Of a stretch of 64,000 nucleotides of DNA, positions 19,255-28,897 are shown piece after piece. The notes beneath the pieces are model-generated. The model saw nothing but the letters and a program-made list of their open reading frames with translations. It was not told the origin of the DNA and did not search any database. Origin of the DNA: an uncultured Chloroflexia bacterium (GTDB lineage: Bacteria; Chloroflexota; Limnocylindria; QHBO01). The DNA is taken from contig CAWGTN010000001.1 of assembly GCA_963825525.1 (NCBI GenBank), forward strand, positions 1-64,000, given 5' to 3'. The translations under genes were made by a program, and so were the position numbers. Within the stretch, counting starts at the first letter, position 1; every line of letters starts with the position of its first letter.

Positions 19255-20145
19255 TCAGATCCCCGCGATGGCGCGGGGTGCCATGCGTGGCCCGTAGCGC
19301 GGGGCACTGATGCGGCCGATCTCGAGCAGCCGCTGCACCCGCCCGCGCTGTCCCCGGTAGGGCTCGAGCAGCTCGAGCATGCGGGCATCGTCGGCCCGCT
19401 GCTCGCCGGCCAGGGCCCAGGCGACCATGTTCGGGATGTGGAAGTCACCGACGCTGACCGCGTCCGGGTCGCCGAATGCCGTGCGCGCCACCTCGGCCGC
19501 CGTCCATGCGCCGATGCCCGGGAGCGAGATCAGGCGACGCGTCGCCAGCTGGACGTCATTCGCCCCCTCGAGCCATGCACCGCGGGCTGCGGCGCGCCGA
19601 ACGACTTCGGCCCGGCGGCGCTCGAGTCCCAGGGGATGGAAGGCGTGATACGGGAGGCCTGCCAGCTGCTCGGCGCTCGGGGGCACCAACAGCTCGCCCG
19701 GGCCAGGGGCCGGATCGCCATGGGACCGCAGGAGCGCGGCGTAGGCACGCAGGGCCTCGGTCGCGGTGACCTTCTGCTCGAATACGGACGGCACCAGGGC
19801 GTGGAGCACCCGGCCGCTCTTCGGCAGCCGCAGGCCGGGATGTCGCCGCTGGAGATCGCGCAGGATCGGGTGGTGGGCCACGAGGCGTTCGGGCTCATCC
19901 TCCTCGCCGACGAGGGCCGGTGACTGCGCGAGCATCCAATCGGCCCCGTCGCCCCAGGCGTCGGCATCCAGCGTGGATCCATGCACCTCGAGACGAAGTG
20001 TGCCGGGGCCGCTTGGGGTCCGCGTGGCCCACAGCGCGACGCGAGGCGAAAGGCGAATCGTTCGGTCGCCAAGTCCGTGCCTCAATGGGCCGAGCGTCTC
20101 CGCCAGGTCTAGAGGCGCGCGCAGCCGGACTCGGCGCGCGTTCAC
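19255..20145 (-). CDS. DNA-3-methyladenine glycosylase (AlkA/HhH-GPD family)
   Basis: EQKVT, LPGIGAWTA HhH, GDPDAVSVGDFH. Confidence 0.88.
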   Translation of the reverse strand: MNARRVRLRAPLDLAETLGPLRHGLGDRTIRLSPRVALWATRTPSGPGTLRLEVHGSTLDADAWGDGADWMLAQSPALVGEEDEPERLVAHHPILRDLQRRHPGLRLPKSGRVLHALVPSVFEQKVTATEALRAYAALLRSHGDPAPGPGELLVPPSAEQLAGLPYHAFHPLGLERRRAEVVRRAAARGAWLEGANDVQLATRRLISLPGIGAWTAAEVARTAFGDPDAVSVGDFHIPNMVAWALAGEQRADDARMLELLEPYRGQRGRVQRLLEIGRISAPRYGPRMAPRAIAGI

Positions 20146-21146
20146 CGACGCATCGACAGGAGGATGGGGGAACCTCCCGCCTGCGACGCCTCCAGGTCAG
20201 CCCGGGTGCCGATGCCGCGGTAGCCCTCGGTGACGATGACCTGGGCCGAGACCTCGCCCAGGCTGGCGCCCGGGCCGGGGAGGAGGATGACGTCCGGCGC
20301 GTACTCGCGCAGCGCGACCCGCAGGCTGCCGGCGAAGTCATAGGTGATCGTGGGCTGCTCGCGGATCGTGTGCTGGCCAAGGGCCGCCGGGTCCGTTGAC
20401 CATGGCGTGAACCGGACGCCGCGGCCGTCGACCAGGGTGACGTTCGGTGCTTCCCAGGTCAGGTCGGCCAGCCTGACCGATGCCTCGGCCGCCGATCGAG
20501 CGCGGAGCGGGGTGTGCCACGCCTGCTGGCCGGCGGCGCGGAGCGGGAATCGGCGGCTGCCCGACTGCACGGCCGGCAGCTCCCCGGCGATGGTCGACAG
20601 GACCGCCGACGTGGCGCTCAGGATGGCGAAGCCGCCGAGATCGATGGACAGGTGGACCTCCTCGGCGTGTCGCGCCAGGACCGCCTCGAGAGCCGAGATG
20701 TTCGCGCTGTCAGGTCGCCAGTCGGCATCGGTCAGTGAGTAGACGAGCTGGCCGCCGGCATCCTCGTCGACGATCGGCTCCTCGGCGAGGAGTGCCATGG
20801 TCTGGACCAGGCGAAACGCATCGTCGAACGACAGGGCACCCGATGCAGCGAGCGCCGTGTACCACCCGCTGGAGCTGGCCACGACCACGACCACCTCGTG
20901 ATCGTCGGCGATCCGCTCCGCGTCCAACAGGCTCCCCAGGAATGCGAGCGGGCCCGAATGTGCGGAGCGGAGGTGGACGGCCGGGTCGAACCGAGGCGCG
21001 GCGTCGAGCTCCGAGATGGTGGGCAGGTCGTAGTCGCGGCGCAGCTCATCGGCGCGGCGGACCCATGGATGATCGGGAGGCATCGACCCGAGCGACGGTG
21101 GCCCGTAGGAGCCCCGTGATGGGAAGGCGACCGCAGCGCGGGTCAC
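20142..21146 (-). CDS. ACP S-malonyltransferase-like (FabD-like) acyltransferase
   Basis: FPSRGSY, SSSGWYTAL nucleophile region, AWHTP, LPGPG; GTGA-coupled to the upstream dehydrogenase. Confidence 0.75.
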   Translation of the reverse strand: MTRAAVAFPSRGSYGPPSLGSMPPDHPWVRRADELRRDYDLPTISELDAAPRFDPAVHLRSAHSGPLAFLGSLLDAERIADDHEVVVVVASSSGWYTALAASGALSFDDAFRLVQTMALLAEEPIVDEDAGGQLVYSLTDADWRPDSANISALEAVLARHAEEVHLSIDLGGFAILSATSAVLSTIAGELPAVQSGSRRFPLRAAGQQAWHTPLRARSAAEASVRLADLTWEAPNVTLVDGRGVRFTPWSTDPAALGQHTIREQPTITYDFAGSLRVALREYAPDVILLPGPGASLGEVSAQVIVTEGYRGIGTRADLEASQAGGSPILLSMRR

Positions 21147-23413
21147 GATCGCGCCGCCGCGACGTGGCGCCGCCGGCCCACGGCCCGAACGGCGGAGGCC
21201 ACGATCTGGTCGACGCCGACCAGCACGGCCGATGTCGCGGGGCCGAGCGGCACGAACGAGTCGACCGCCCGGACCGAGTTGAGACGCCGCGTCGTGCGGG
21301 TCTCGGCGAGGTCGGCGATGATCGCATCGGCCACGCCGCCCCCGGTGGCCCGGCATTCGTCGACCACCACGACCGTGCCCACCTCGGCGGCCTGCGCGCG
21401 AATCGCCTCGATGGGGAGCGGGCTCAGCCAGCGGAGGTCCAGCACCCGGGCGCGGAGGTCGTGCTCCTCGGCCAGCCGTCGGGCGGCCTGCAGGCTCAAT
21501 CGCAGGCCATTGGCGTAGCTGATCAGGAGGACATCGGCGTCCTCGTCCACCGACCCGTGGACGCCGATCTCACCGGGAACCAGCACCTCGGGCGGCGGGG
21601 GATAGTCGGACAGCCATCCACCGTCGCCGTCGGCGTGGAGATCCTTCTCGTGATAGAGCGCGATCGGCTCCAGGAAGATGACGACCCGCCCGTCCTCGAT
21701 GGCCATCGCCACCGCACCGCGCAGCATGCGAGCCGCATCGTCGCCGCGTGACGGAGTGGCGATCACCAAGCCCGGAATGTCGCGCAGGGCGCCGATCGAG
21801 TTGTCGTTGTGGAAGTGCCCGCCGAACCCCTTCTGGTACGCCAGCCCCGCGACGCGCACAACCATGGGATTTCGGAACTGGCCGGAGCTGAAGAACTGGA
21901 GCGACGCCGCCTCGCCGCGAATCTGGTCCAGCGCGTTGTGGAGATAGGCGAGGTACTGGATCTCCGGGATCGGCAGCAGGCCGATATGGGCGGCACCCTG
22001 GGCGATTCCCAGGATGCTGGTCTCATCGAGCAGGGTGTCGAACACGCGCGCCGCACCGAAGCGCTTCTGGAGGCCGTTCGTGATGTTGTACACGCCGCCC
22101 TTGCGCCCGATGTCCTGGCCGAACAGGAACACCTCGGGCCGGCGCAGCATCTCGTCGGCGAGCGCCGCGTTCAGCTGACCCGCCAGGGTGCGGGACGTTG
22201 GCGCGGTGGCGGACTCCGGCAGCACGCTGCCGAAGGCCGTGGCGCGCTCCTCCGGCGTGGCCAGGGGGACGGTCGCGCGCAAGGCGACGAGGGTCGGATT
22301 GCTGGGTGCGAGGGGTCCCGTCACCTCCTCGGTGGTCTGGAGTCGCGGTCGCCGAACCGCCTCCTCCGCCACCGCAGCGACTCGGTCGCGTGTCTCCCGG
22401 ACGAGGTCGCGCAGCATCTCCGGATCCGCGGCTCCGGTCTCCACCAGGCGGCGGGCGTTGCGCAGGAGGGGGTCATCGGCCTCGATGGCCTCGATCTCGG
22501 GAAGTGATCGGTAGGTCGGCTCGGCGTCGCTGCCGGCGTGGCCCCACAGGCGGATCGTTCGGAGGTGAAGGAAGGCGGGGAGACGGCGTTCGCGGACGTG
22601 CCGGATTGCCGAGCCCACCGAATCCCAGATCTCATCCATCTCGCCGTCGGCACCGAAGTAGGTGAGATGCTCCTGCGATCCGAACGTGCTGGCGATCCAG
22701 CCGTCCGGAGTCGGCACACTGATCCCGGTCCCGTTGTCCTCGCAGATGAGCAACAACGGCATCGGCAGACCAAGGCGGACGGCATAGCGCGCCGTGTTGA
22801 CCGCCGACAGGGCGGTGGCGTGATTGGCGCTGGCGTCGCCGAACGAGCAGGCGACGATGGCATCGGCCGGCAGCCCGTTCGCCACGCCGAGCCGGTTGGC
22901 CCGGGCAAGGCTGAATGCCAGGCCCATGGCCTTCGGCAGGTGGCTGGCGATGGTGCTGGTCTGCGGCGGAACCCAGAGCGCGCGGCTTCCCCAGACCTTG
23001 TGCCGTCCCTGGCTGATCGGGTCGTCGCTGGACGCCACGATGCCGAGCAGCGCGTCGAGCATGGGCGTGCTGCCCGGCAGCTGTCGGGCCCGCGCCATCA
23101 TGAAGCCGCCCGATCGGTAGTGGAGGAAGGCGGGGTCGTCGATCCGCAGCTGCGCCCCGACGATCGCGTTGTTCTCGTGACCGGCCGAGCCGATGGTGTA
23201 GAAGCTCCGGTTCGTCTTCTTCAGCTCACGCGCGATGACATCGAGCTGGCGGGAGGTCAGCTGGTCCTCGAACAGCGCCACCGCGGCCGCCGCCGTCAGC
23301 CCATCCTCTGCCGCCAGCGGGGCGTCGGGCGCCAGCCGACGCGTGGCCGGCTCGGCGGACTCGAGATAGGCGTCGAGCTGTCGCTCGACGATGGCGACGC
23401 GATCCCAGGTCAT
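21143..23413 (-). CDS. Fused E1 alpha/beta TPP-dependent 2-oxoacid (2-oxoisovalerate-like) dehydrogenase
   Basis: FYTIGSAGHE, GDASANH TPP motif, RVFDTLLDE, EIQYLAY, GGHFHN. Confidence 0.9.
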   Translation of the reverse strand: MTWDRVAIVERQLDAYLESAEPATRRLAPDAPLAAEDGLTAAAAVALFEDQLTSRQLDVIARELKKTNRSFYTIGSAGHENNAIVGAQLRIDDPAFLHYRSGGFMMARARQLPGSTPMLDALLGIVASSDDPISQGRHKVWGSRALWVPPQTSTIASHLPKAMGLAFSLARANRLGVANGLPADAIVACSFGDASANHATALSAVNTARYAVRLGLPMPLLLICEDNGTGISVPTPDGWIASTFGSQEHLTYFGADGEMDEIWDSVGSAIRHVRERRLPAFLHLRTIRLWGHAGSDAEPTYRSLPEIEAIEADDPLLRNARRLVETGAADPEMLRDLVRETRDRVAAVAEEAVRRPRLQTTEEVTGPLAPSNPTLVALRATVPLATPEERATAFGSVLPESATAPTSRTLAGQLNAALADEMLRRPEVFLFGQDIGRKGGVYNITNGLQKRFGAARVFDTLLDETSILGIAQGAAHIGLLPIPEIQYLAYLHNALDQIRGEAASLQFFSSGQFRNPMVVRVAGLAYQKGFGGHFHNDNSIGALRDIPGLVIATPSRGDDAARMLRGAVAMAIEDGRVVIFLEPIALYHEKDLHADGDGGWLSDYPPPPEVLVPGEIGVHGSVDEDADVLLISYANGLRLSLQAARRLAEEHDLRARVLDLRWLSPLPIEAIRAQAAEVGTVVVVDECRATGGGVADAIIADLAETRTTRRLNSVRAVDSFVPLGPATSAVLVGVDQIVASAVRAVGRRRHVAAARS

Positions 23414-23470
23414 GCGGCAGTTGGTGACTCGGTGGCAAGGGGGGCCGCGCCATTCTACCGTCGCCCGGGC

Positions 23471-23593
23471 TCATCGGCGAAGCGGGAAGTCTGCTCCTCC
23501 GGTGCAGGCAGCGGCGACCGTCACGAGCGCCAGCTGGAGTGCCATCGCGACGAGCGGCGACCAGAACATGGGGTGTCGAACCAGGCGGAACAC
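23471..23593 (-). CDS. 40-aa small secreted/lipoprotein-like peptide
   Basis: Strong RBS GAGGAGG plus GTG; hydrophobic signal ending VAAAC, then TGGADFPLRR. Confidence 0.55.
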   Translation of the reverse strand: MFRLVRHPMFWSPLVAMALQLALVTVAAACTGGADFPLRR

Positions 23594-23677
23594 GGCGACC
23601 TCCTCGGGGGTGCGGCGCGCTCGCTCGACCGGTTGATGCGAGCAGGGGCGCCCACGGGCATGGGACGCCAGCGGCAC

Positions 23678-23704
23678 TTACCGCGTCGTTACCACCGGCT
23701 TACC
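23678..23704 (-). promoter_or_regulatory. Three direct repeats (GGTAA) with 11-bp period
   Basis: TTACC at 23678, 23689 and 23700 on the + strand; one-helical-turn phasing is typical of OmpR/SARP wHTH sites. Confidence 0.5.
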
Positions 23705-23722
23705 GGGCGGCCGGCACCCGGG

Positions 23723-24556
23723 TCAGCCTCCGACCGAGATCAGCACGATGCCGATCAGCGCCAGCGCCACGCCGGCCTGTCCAAGGCGCGGCAGCCGCTC
23801 CCCGAGGACGAAGCGGGCGAGAATCATGGTCACGATCGGGTACATGCCCGAAAGGGCAGCCGCCAGGCCGATGGGGATGCCGTCGCGCGCGATGACGTAG
23901 AACGCGTTGCCCCCGACATCGAACAGTCCCGCCGCGATCACGATCCGCCACGGGAACCGCGAGCGGTCGAAGCGACCAACGGCAAACGCCAGGGCCAGCC
24001 CAGCCGACATCGTTCGGCTGAAGACGAGTGCCCACAGCGGATCACCGCCACGCGCGGCGAGATCCAGGAGCACGTACCAGGTCCCGAAGCCCACCGCGGC
24101 AACGCCGGCGAGGAGCAGGGCGCGACGCCCAATCTCGGTGCGCGAGGCGGTCCCAGCGGCCGCTGCCGCCGCGGCGGCGCAGCCCACCCCGACCAGCTGC
24201 CAACCACCCACCGTCGATCCCGCCAGGGCACCCACGGTCAGTGGGATGGCCAGCGATCCGGCCCCGCTCAGTGAGGTCACGAGGCCCATCGAACCGAGCG
24301 ACATGCCGCGGTACAGGGCAGCCAGGCCGATCGCACCAGCGATCCCGGCTGAGAGGCCGATCAGCGCCGGCCCGAGCTCCGGGACGGGCGGACGAACGAC
24401 GAGGACGCCGATGAGCAGTGCGACCAACCCGACGACGTGGGCGCCGGCCACCACGACCAGGGCGCCGGCGCGCCGTGCCGCGAAGGCACCGGCAAAGTCG
24501 CCGGCCCCGAACGACAGGGCCGACAGGACGCCGGCGGAGATTCCCAGCGGGGGCAT
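23723..24556 (-). CDS. EamA/DMT family transporter
   Basis: About 10 TM helices; GAGDF, LYRG, YPIVTMILARFVLGERL. Confidence 0.9.
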   Translation of the reverse strand: MPPLGISAGVLSALSFGAGDFAGAFAARRAGALVVVAGAHVVGLVALLIGVLVVRPPVPELGPALIGLSAGIAGAIGLAALYRGMSLGSMGLVTSLSGAGSLAIPLTVGALAGSTVGGWQLVGVGCAAAAAAAAGTASRTEIGRRALLLAGVAAVGFGTWYVLLDLAARGGDPLWALVFSRTMSAGLALAFAVGRFDRSRFPWRIVIAAGLFDVGGNAFYVIARDGIPIGLAAALSGMYPIVTMILARFVLGERLPRLGQAGVALALIGIVLISVGG

Positions 24557-24685
24557 CAATGGACCTCATGCGACCAGTTCGGGGCCGGCTGGACTCTAGC
24601 GGACCTTGACACTCGAGCGTTCCAAACTCGATAGTGCGCGCAGTCTCGAACTGCCCAGTCATTCGACGCCGTCCGAGCCGGCGCG

Positions 24686-25798
24686 GTGGGCATTCGGCGC
24701 GAGGTGCAGTTGGCGGTCGATTCCAGTCGCGCAACCGGTCAGGCGTCGCCGGATGGCGAGGGTGGCGTTCCAGCCGTTCGGCTTGCCGGCGTCAGCAAGC
24801 AGTTCGGCGAGGTCACCGCCGTCGCCGGCATCGATCTCGAGATCGCGGACGGCGAGTTCTTCAGCATGCTCGGCCCGTCGGGGTCCGGCAAGACGACCAC
24901 ACTGCGCATGATCGCCGGCTTCGAGGAGCCGACGGCCGGACGCATCTGGCTGCACGGGCGGGATATCACGGGCGTCCCGCCGTTCGATCGCGACATCAAC
25001 ACCGTATTCCAGGACTACGCACTCTTCCCGCACATGAGCGTCGCCGACAACGTGGGATATGGCCTCGTGGTCCGCAAGATCGCCGCTGCCGAGCGCCGCG
25101 AGCGGGTCACCGATGCACTCGAGATGGTGCGACTGGCCGACTACGGCGCGCGACGCCCGGCACAGCTGAGCGGCGGTCAGCGGCAGCGGGTGGCACTCGC
25201 CCGCGCCCTCGTGAACCGCCCCCGAGTGCTGCTGCTCGACGAGCCGCTGGGCGCTCTCGACCTCAAGCTGCGCGAGGAGATGCAGATCGAGCTCAAGGCC
25301 ATCCAGCAGCAGGTCGGCATCACGTTCATCTACGTGACCCACGACCAGGAGGAGGCGCTCACCATGAGCGACCGCCTGGCCGTATTCAACGCGGGGCGAA
25401 TTGAGCAGGTTGGCTCGCCCGCCGATGTGTACGAGCATCCGACCACCACGTTCGTGGCCGGTTTCGTGGGCACGTCGAATCTCCTGACCGGTGAAGCCGC
25501 CGTGAACGTCATCGGGCGCGATGGCATCTTCACGGTCCGTCCCGAGAAGATCCGAATCGAGGATCGGGACGCGTCCGCTGACGCGGACGAGGCGTCCGCA
25601 CTTGGTCGGATCCGGGAGGTCGTCTACCTCGGCCCGGATACCCGCTACATCGTCGCCCTCGAGGTGGGTGGCGAACTCGTGGTCACCCGACAGAACCTCG
25701 AAACGTCGTCCATGGAGGCGCTCGCCACGCAGGGCCGATCCGTTCGGCTCGTCTGGAAGCGCCGCCACGTGTTGAGCCTCGCGACCAGCGAGCAGTGA
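24686..25798 (+). CDS. Polyamine ABC transporter ATPase (PotA-like)
   Basis: [31 protein letters not shown]-like C-terminus. Confidence 0.92.
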   Translation: MGIRREVQLAVDSSRATGQASPDGEGGVPAVRLAGVSKQFGEVTAVAGIDLEIADGEFFSMLGPSGSGKTTTLRMIAGFEEPTAGRIWLHGRDITGVPPFDRDINTVFQDYALFPHMSVADNVGYGLVVRKIAAAERRERVTDALEMVRLADYGARRPAQLSGGQRQRVALARALVNRPRVLLLDEPLGALDLKLREEMQIELKAIQQQVGITFIYVTHDQEEALTMSDRLAVFNAGRIEQVGSPADVYEHPTTTFVAGFVGTSNLLTGEAAVNVIGRDGIFTVRPEKIRIEDRDASADADEASALGRIREVVYLGPDTRYIVALEVGGELVVTRQNLETSSMEALATQGRSVRLVWKRRHVLSLATSEQ

Positions 25799-25824
25799 TG
25801 GGGGATCCAGAAGGGAACCAGCCA

Positions 25825-26991
25825 ATGAGGCACCTGAGAATTCCGGCGGTCATCATGGTCAACGGTCTGCTCCTGGCGGCATGCAGCTCGGCGGGTCCGT
25901 CCGCCAGCACCGTCAACGAGATCGGCGAAGGGGAGGGAGAGCTCAACCTCGTCATCTGGGCGGGCTACGCGGAGCGTGGCGAGGTTGATGCGGGCTTCGA
26001 CTGGGTCACTCCGTTCGAGGAGGAGACCGGCTGCGAAGTCAACACCACCAACATGACCGATTCCAACAACGGCGTCTCGCTCATCCAGTCCGGTGAGTAC
26101 GACGGCATCTCGGCGTCCGGCGACGCGACGAGCCGGCTGATCGCCAGCGATCTCGTGGCACCCGTCAACACGGACGTCTTCGAGAACTATGGCAACGTGT
26201 TCGATGGTCTCAAGGACCTTCCGCACAACACCGTCGACGGCGTGAACTACGGCGTCCCCCACGGCCGCGGGCCGAACCTGTTGGCGTGGAACACCGAAGA
26301 GGTCACCGAGGCCCCGACCAGCTGGGACATCATCTGGGAGAACGGTGCGGACTACGCCGGTGACATCAGCATCTACGACTCGTCGATCTTCATCGCCGAT
26401 GCGGCGCTGCATCTGATGAAGTCGGAGCCGGATCTCGGGATCACGAACCCGTACCAGCTGACCCAGGAGCAGTTCGACGCCGCGATCGCGCTCCTTGAGG
26501 ATCTCAACGCCAACAATCCGCTGTACTGGGGCACCTTCAGTGACCAGGTGAGCTCGTACGGCGCCGGCGACGTGGTGGTCGGCACCACCTGGCAGTTCCA
26601 GGTCAACCTGCTGCAGGGCGAGGATGCGCCGATCGAGGCAGTCCTTCCCGAAGAAGGGTCCACCGGCTGGTCGGACACCTGGATGATGGCCGCCGAAGCG
26701 GCTCACCCCAACTGCATGCTCATGTGGATGGACCACATGATGTCGCCGGAGGCCAACGGCCAGGCGACCGTCTGGTTCGGTGAGGCGCCGACCAGCCAGG
26801 AGGCGTGCGACTATGCCGAGACGCTGTCGCCCGGCCATTGCGACCTGACGCATGCCACCGACGAGGCGTACTACGACAGGATCTGGTACTGGAGCACGCC
26901 GGAGGAGAGCTGCGCCGATGACGACGACGCAACGACCTGCGTGACCCAGGACGACTGGGTCCAGGCATGGACGACGCTGCGCGGTGCGTGA
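25825..26991 (+). CDS. Polyamine ABC substrate-binding lipoprotein (PotD/YdcS-like)
   Basis: Lipobox LAAC; WAGY, FEEETGC, PEEGSTGWSD. Confidence 0.88.
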   Translation: MRHLRIPAVIMVNGLLLAACSSAGPSASTVNEIGEGEGELNLVIWAGYAERGEVDAGFDWVTPFEEETGCEVNTTNMTDSNNGVSLIQSGEYDGISASGDATSRLIASDLVAPVNTDVFENYGNVFDGLKDLPHNTVDGVNYGVPHGRGPNLLAWNTEEVTEAPTSWDIIWENGADYAGDISIYDSSIFIADAALHLMKSEPDLGITNPYQLTQEQFDAAIALLEDLNANNPLYWGTFSDQVSSYGAGDVVVGTTWQFQVNLLQGEDAPIEAVLPEEGSTGWSDTWMMAAEAAHPNCMLMWMDHMMSPEANGQATVWFGEAPTSQEACDYAETLSPGHCDLTHATDEAYYDRIWYWSTPEESCADDDDATTCVTQDDWVQAWTTLRGA

Positions 26992-27020
26992 CCGCGTGAG
27001 CCGATCCGAGTGATCTCCCG

Positions 27021-27054
27021 AATGCTCCCCGGGGGCCAGCCTCCGGGGAGCATT
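27021..27054 (+). terminator. Intergenic hairpin after the SBP gene
   Basis: AATGCTCCCCGG...CCGGGGAGCATT followed by TGTT. Confidence 0.55.
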
Positions 27055-27083
27055 TGTTCCCTTTCCATGCGAGCCATCCGCCG

Positions 27084-27989
27084 ATGACTGTCCCGGCCAT
27101 TCCCGAAGCGGCGCCTACGCCCGGGCGCGCGAGGCGATTTGCGACGTGGCTCCACGCTCGCCCTCGGGCGCAGCGCCGACTGCTCCTGTCCGGGCCGCTG
27201 GCGTGGATGGTGCTGGCCTACTTCGGCTCCCTGGCGATCCTGCTGCTCAGCGCCTTCTGGGCCAAGGACTCGTTCACCGGGCGCGTCGAACCGTTCGAGT
27301 GGAGCCTCGATGCTTTCGACGACCTGATCTCGAACGCCGTGTATCGGACGATCGCCCTGCGCACGATCGCAATCGCGGCCCTGGTGACGTTGACGGACGC
27401 CCTGCTTGCCTTCCCGATCGCGTACTACATGGCGCGGGTGGCGTCGCCTCGAGTCAGGGGCGCACTGATCGTGGCAATCCTCATGCCGCTGTGGGCCGCC
27501 TATCTCGTCAAGGTCTACGCCTGGAGGACGATCCTCCAGGGCAACGGCTTCCTCGAGTGGGCCCTGGGGCCGTTGGGCGTGGACGCGCCCGGCCTCGGGC
27601 AGATCGCCAACTCGTGGCTCGTCCTCAGCTACCTGTGGCTGCCCTACATGATCCTGCCCATCTACGCGGGCCTGGAGCGCATCCCCGGTTCGCTGCTCGA
27701 GGCCTCGTCCGACCTCGGCGCAAAGAGCGGGACCACGTTCCGACGCGTGATCCTGCCGCTCGTCTTCCCGTCCCTGGTGGCGGGCTCCATCTTCACGTTC
27801 TCGCTGACGCTCGGCGACTACATCACGCCCGACCTGGTGAGCGATGCGAAGTTCATCGGCAATGTCATCTACGACAACTCGAGCCTGGGCAACGTGCCGC
27901 TGGCCGCCGCGTACTCGCTCCTGCCGATCGCGATCATGGTCGGCTACCTCCTGGTGGCGCGCCGTCTCGGCGCGTTCGACTCGCTGTGA
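27084..27989 (+). CDS. Polyamine ABC permease (PotB-like)
   Basis: LPYMILPIY, LLEASSDLGA, LTLGDYITP. Confidence 0.9.
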   Translation: MTVPAIPEAAPTPGRARRFATWLHARPRAQRRLLLSGPLAWMVLAYFGSLAILLLSAFWAKDSFTGRVEPFEWSLDAFDDLISNAVYRTIALRTIAIAALVTLTDALLAFPIAYYMARVASPRVRGALIVAILMPLWAAYLVKVYAWRTILQGNGFLEWALGPLGVDAPGLGQIANSWLVLSYLWLPYMILPIYAGLERIPGSLLEASSDLGAKSGTTFRRVILPLVFPSLVAGSIFTFSLTLGDYITPDLVSDAKFIGNVIYDNSSLGNVPLAAAYSLLPIAIMVGYLLVARRLGAFDSL

Positions 27990-28001
27990 CGGAGGGCCAG
28001 G

Positions 28002-28802
28002 ATGTCTGAATCGCGGTGGGTTCGCATCGGCCTGCGCATCGCGACCGGGGCGGTGATCGTCTTTCTCTACCTCCCGCTCGTGATCCTCGTGATCTACGCC
28101 TTCAATCCGTCGCGCCTGCAGGCGTGGCCACCGACCGGGTTCACGCTCGATTGGTTCGGCGAGGCGGCAGGCAATCCGGCGATCCGTCGAGCGCTCGTGA
28201 ACTCGCTGCTGGCCGGCACCGGCGCGACCGCCGTCGCCCTGGTCCTCGGGACGGCCGCGGCCCTGGCCGTGCAGCGCTTCGCGTTCTTCGGGCGCGACAC
28301 GATCTCGTTCCTGTTCGTGCTGCCGATCGCCCTGCCGGGCGTGGTGACCGGGATCGCGCTGCGCACCACGTTCCAGACCGCGGGGGTCGACTTCGGCCTC
28401 GGCACGATCATCGTCGGCCACGCCACGTTCTGCGTGGTGATCGCCTATAACAACGTCATCGCCCGCCTGCGGCGGCTGCCGCGCACGCCTGAGGAGGCGT
28501 CGGCGGACCTCGGTGCCGACACCTGGACCACGTTCCGCCGCATCACGCTGCCCGGCATGGGGACCGCCCTGCTGTCCGGCGGCCTCCTGGCGTTCGCGCT
28601 GTCGTTCGACGAGATCATCGTCACCAACTTCACCGCCGGGCCGGGGACCCAGACGATCCCGATGTGGATCTTCGCGGCCATTCAGCGCCCCACGGAGCTG
28701 CCCGTCGTCAACGTCGTGGCCTTCGTACTCATCGTGGTATCGACCGTTCCCGTCTACTTCGCCCAGCGGATCAGCGCCGGAGTCGCGGGGGGCCGCACCT
28801 GA
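28002..28802 (+). CDS. Polyamine ABC permease (PotC-like)
   Basis: FLYLP, EEASADLGA, LSFDE. Confidence 0.9.
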   Translation: MSESRWVRIGLRIATGAVIVFLYLPLVILVIYAFNPSRLQAWPPTGFTLDWFGEAAGNPAIRRALVNSLLAGTGATAVALVLGTAAALAVQRFAFFGRDTISFLFVLPIALPGVVTGIALRTTFQTAGVDFGLGTIIVGHATFCVVIAYNNVIARLRRLPRTPEEASADLGADTWTTFRRITLPGMGTALLSGGLLAFALSFDEIIVTNFTAGPGTQTIPMWIFAAIQRPTELPVVNVVAFVLIVVSTVPVYFAQRISAGVAGGRT

Positions 28803-28897
28803 CCGGATAGTCCCGGTGCGTGATGTCCCGTCCCGTCGTAGGCTGGGTGACGACACCGGCCGTCCGAGCGCCGGATCGCAGGGGAGATCGTCCAGCC

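Noticed and set aside
19100-19260. Island integrated at tRNA-Arg
   Set aside because: No integrase nearby and no duplicated tRNA 3' end seen; flanks are housekeeping genes.
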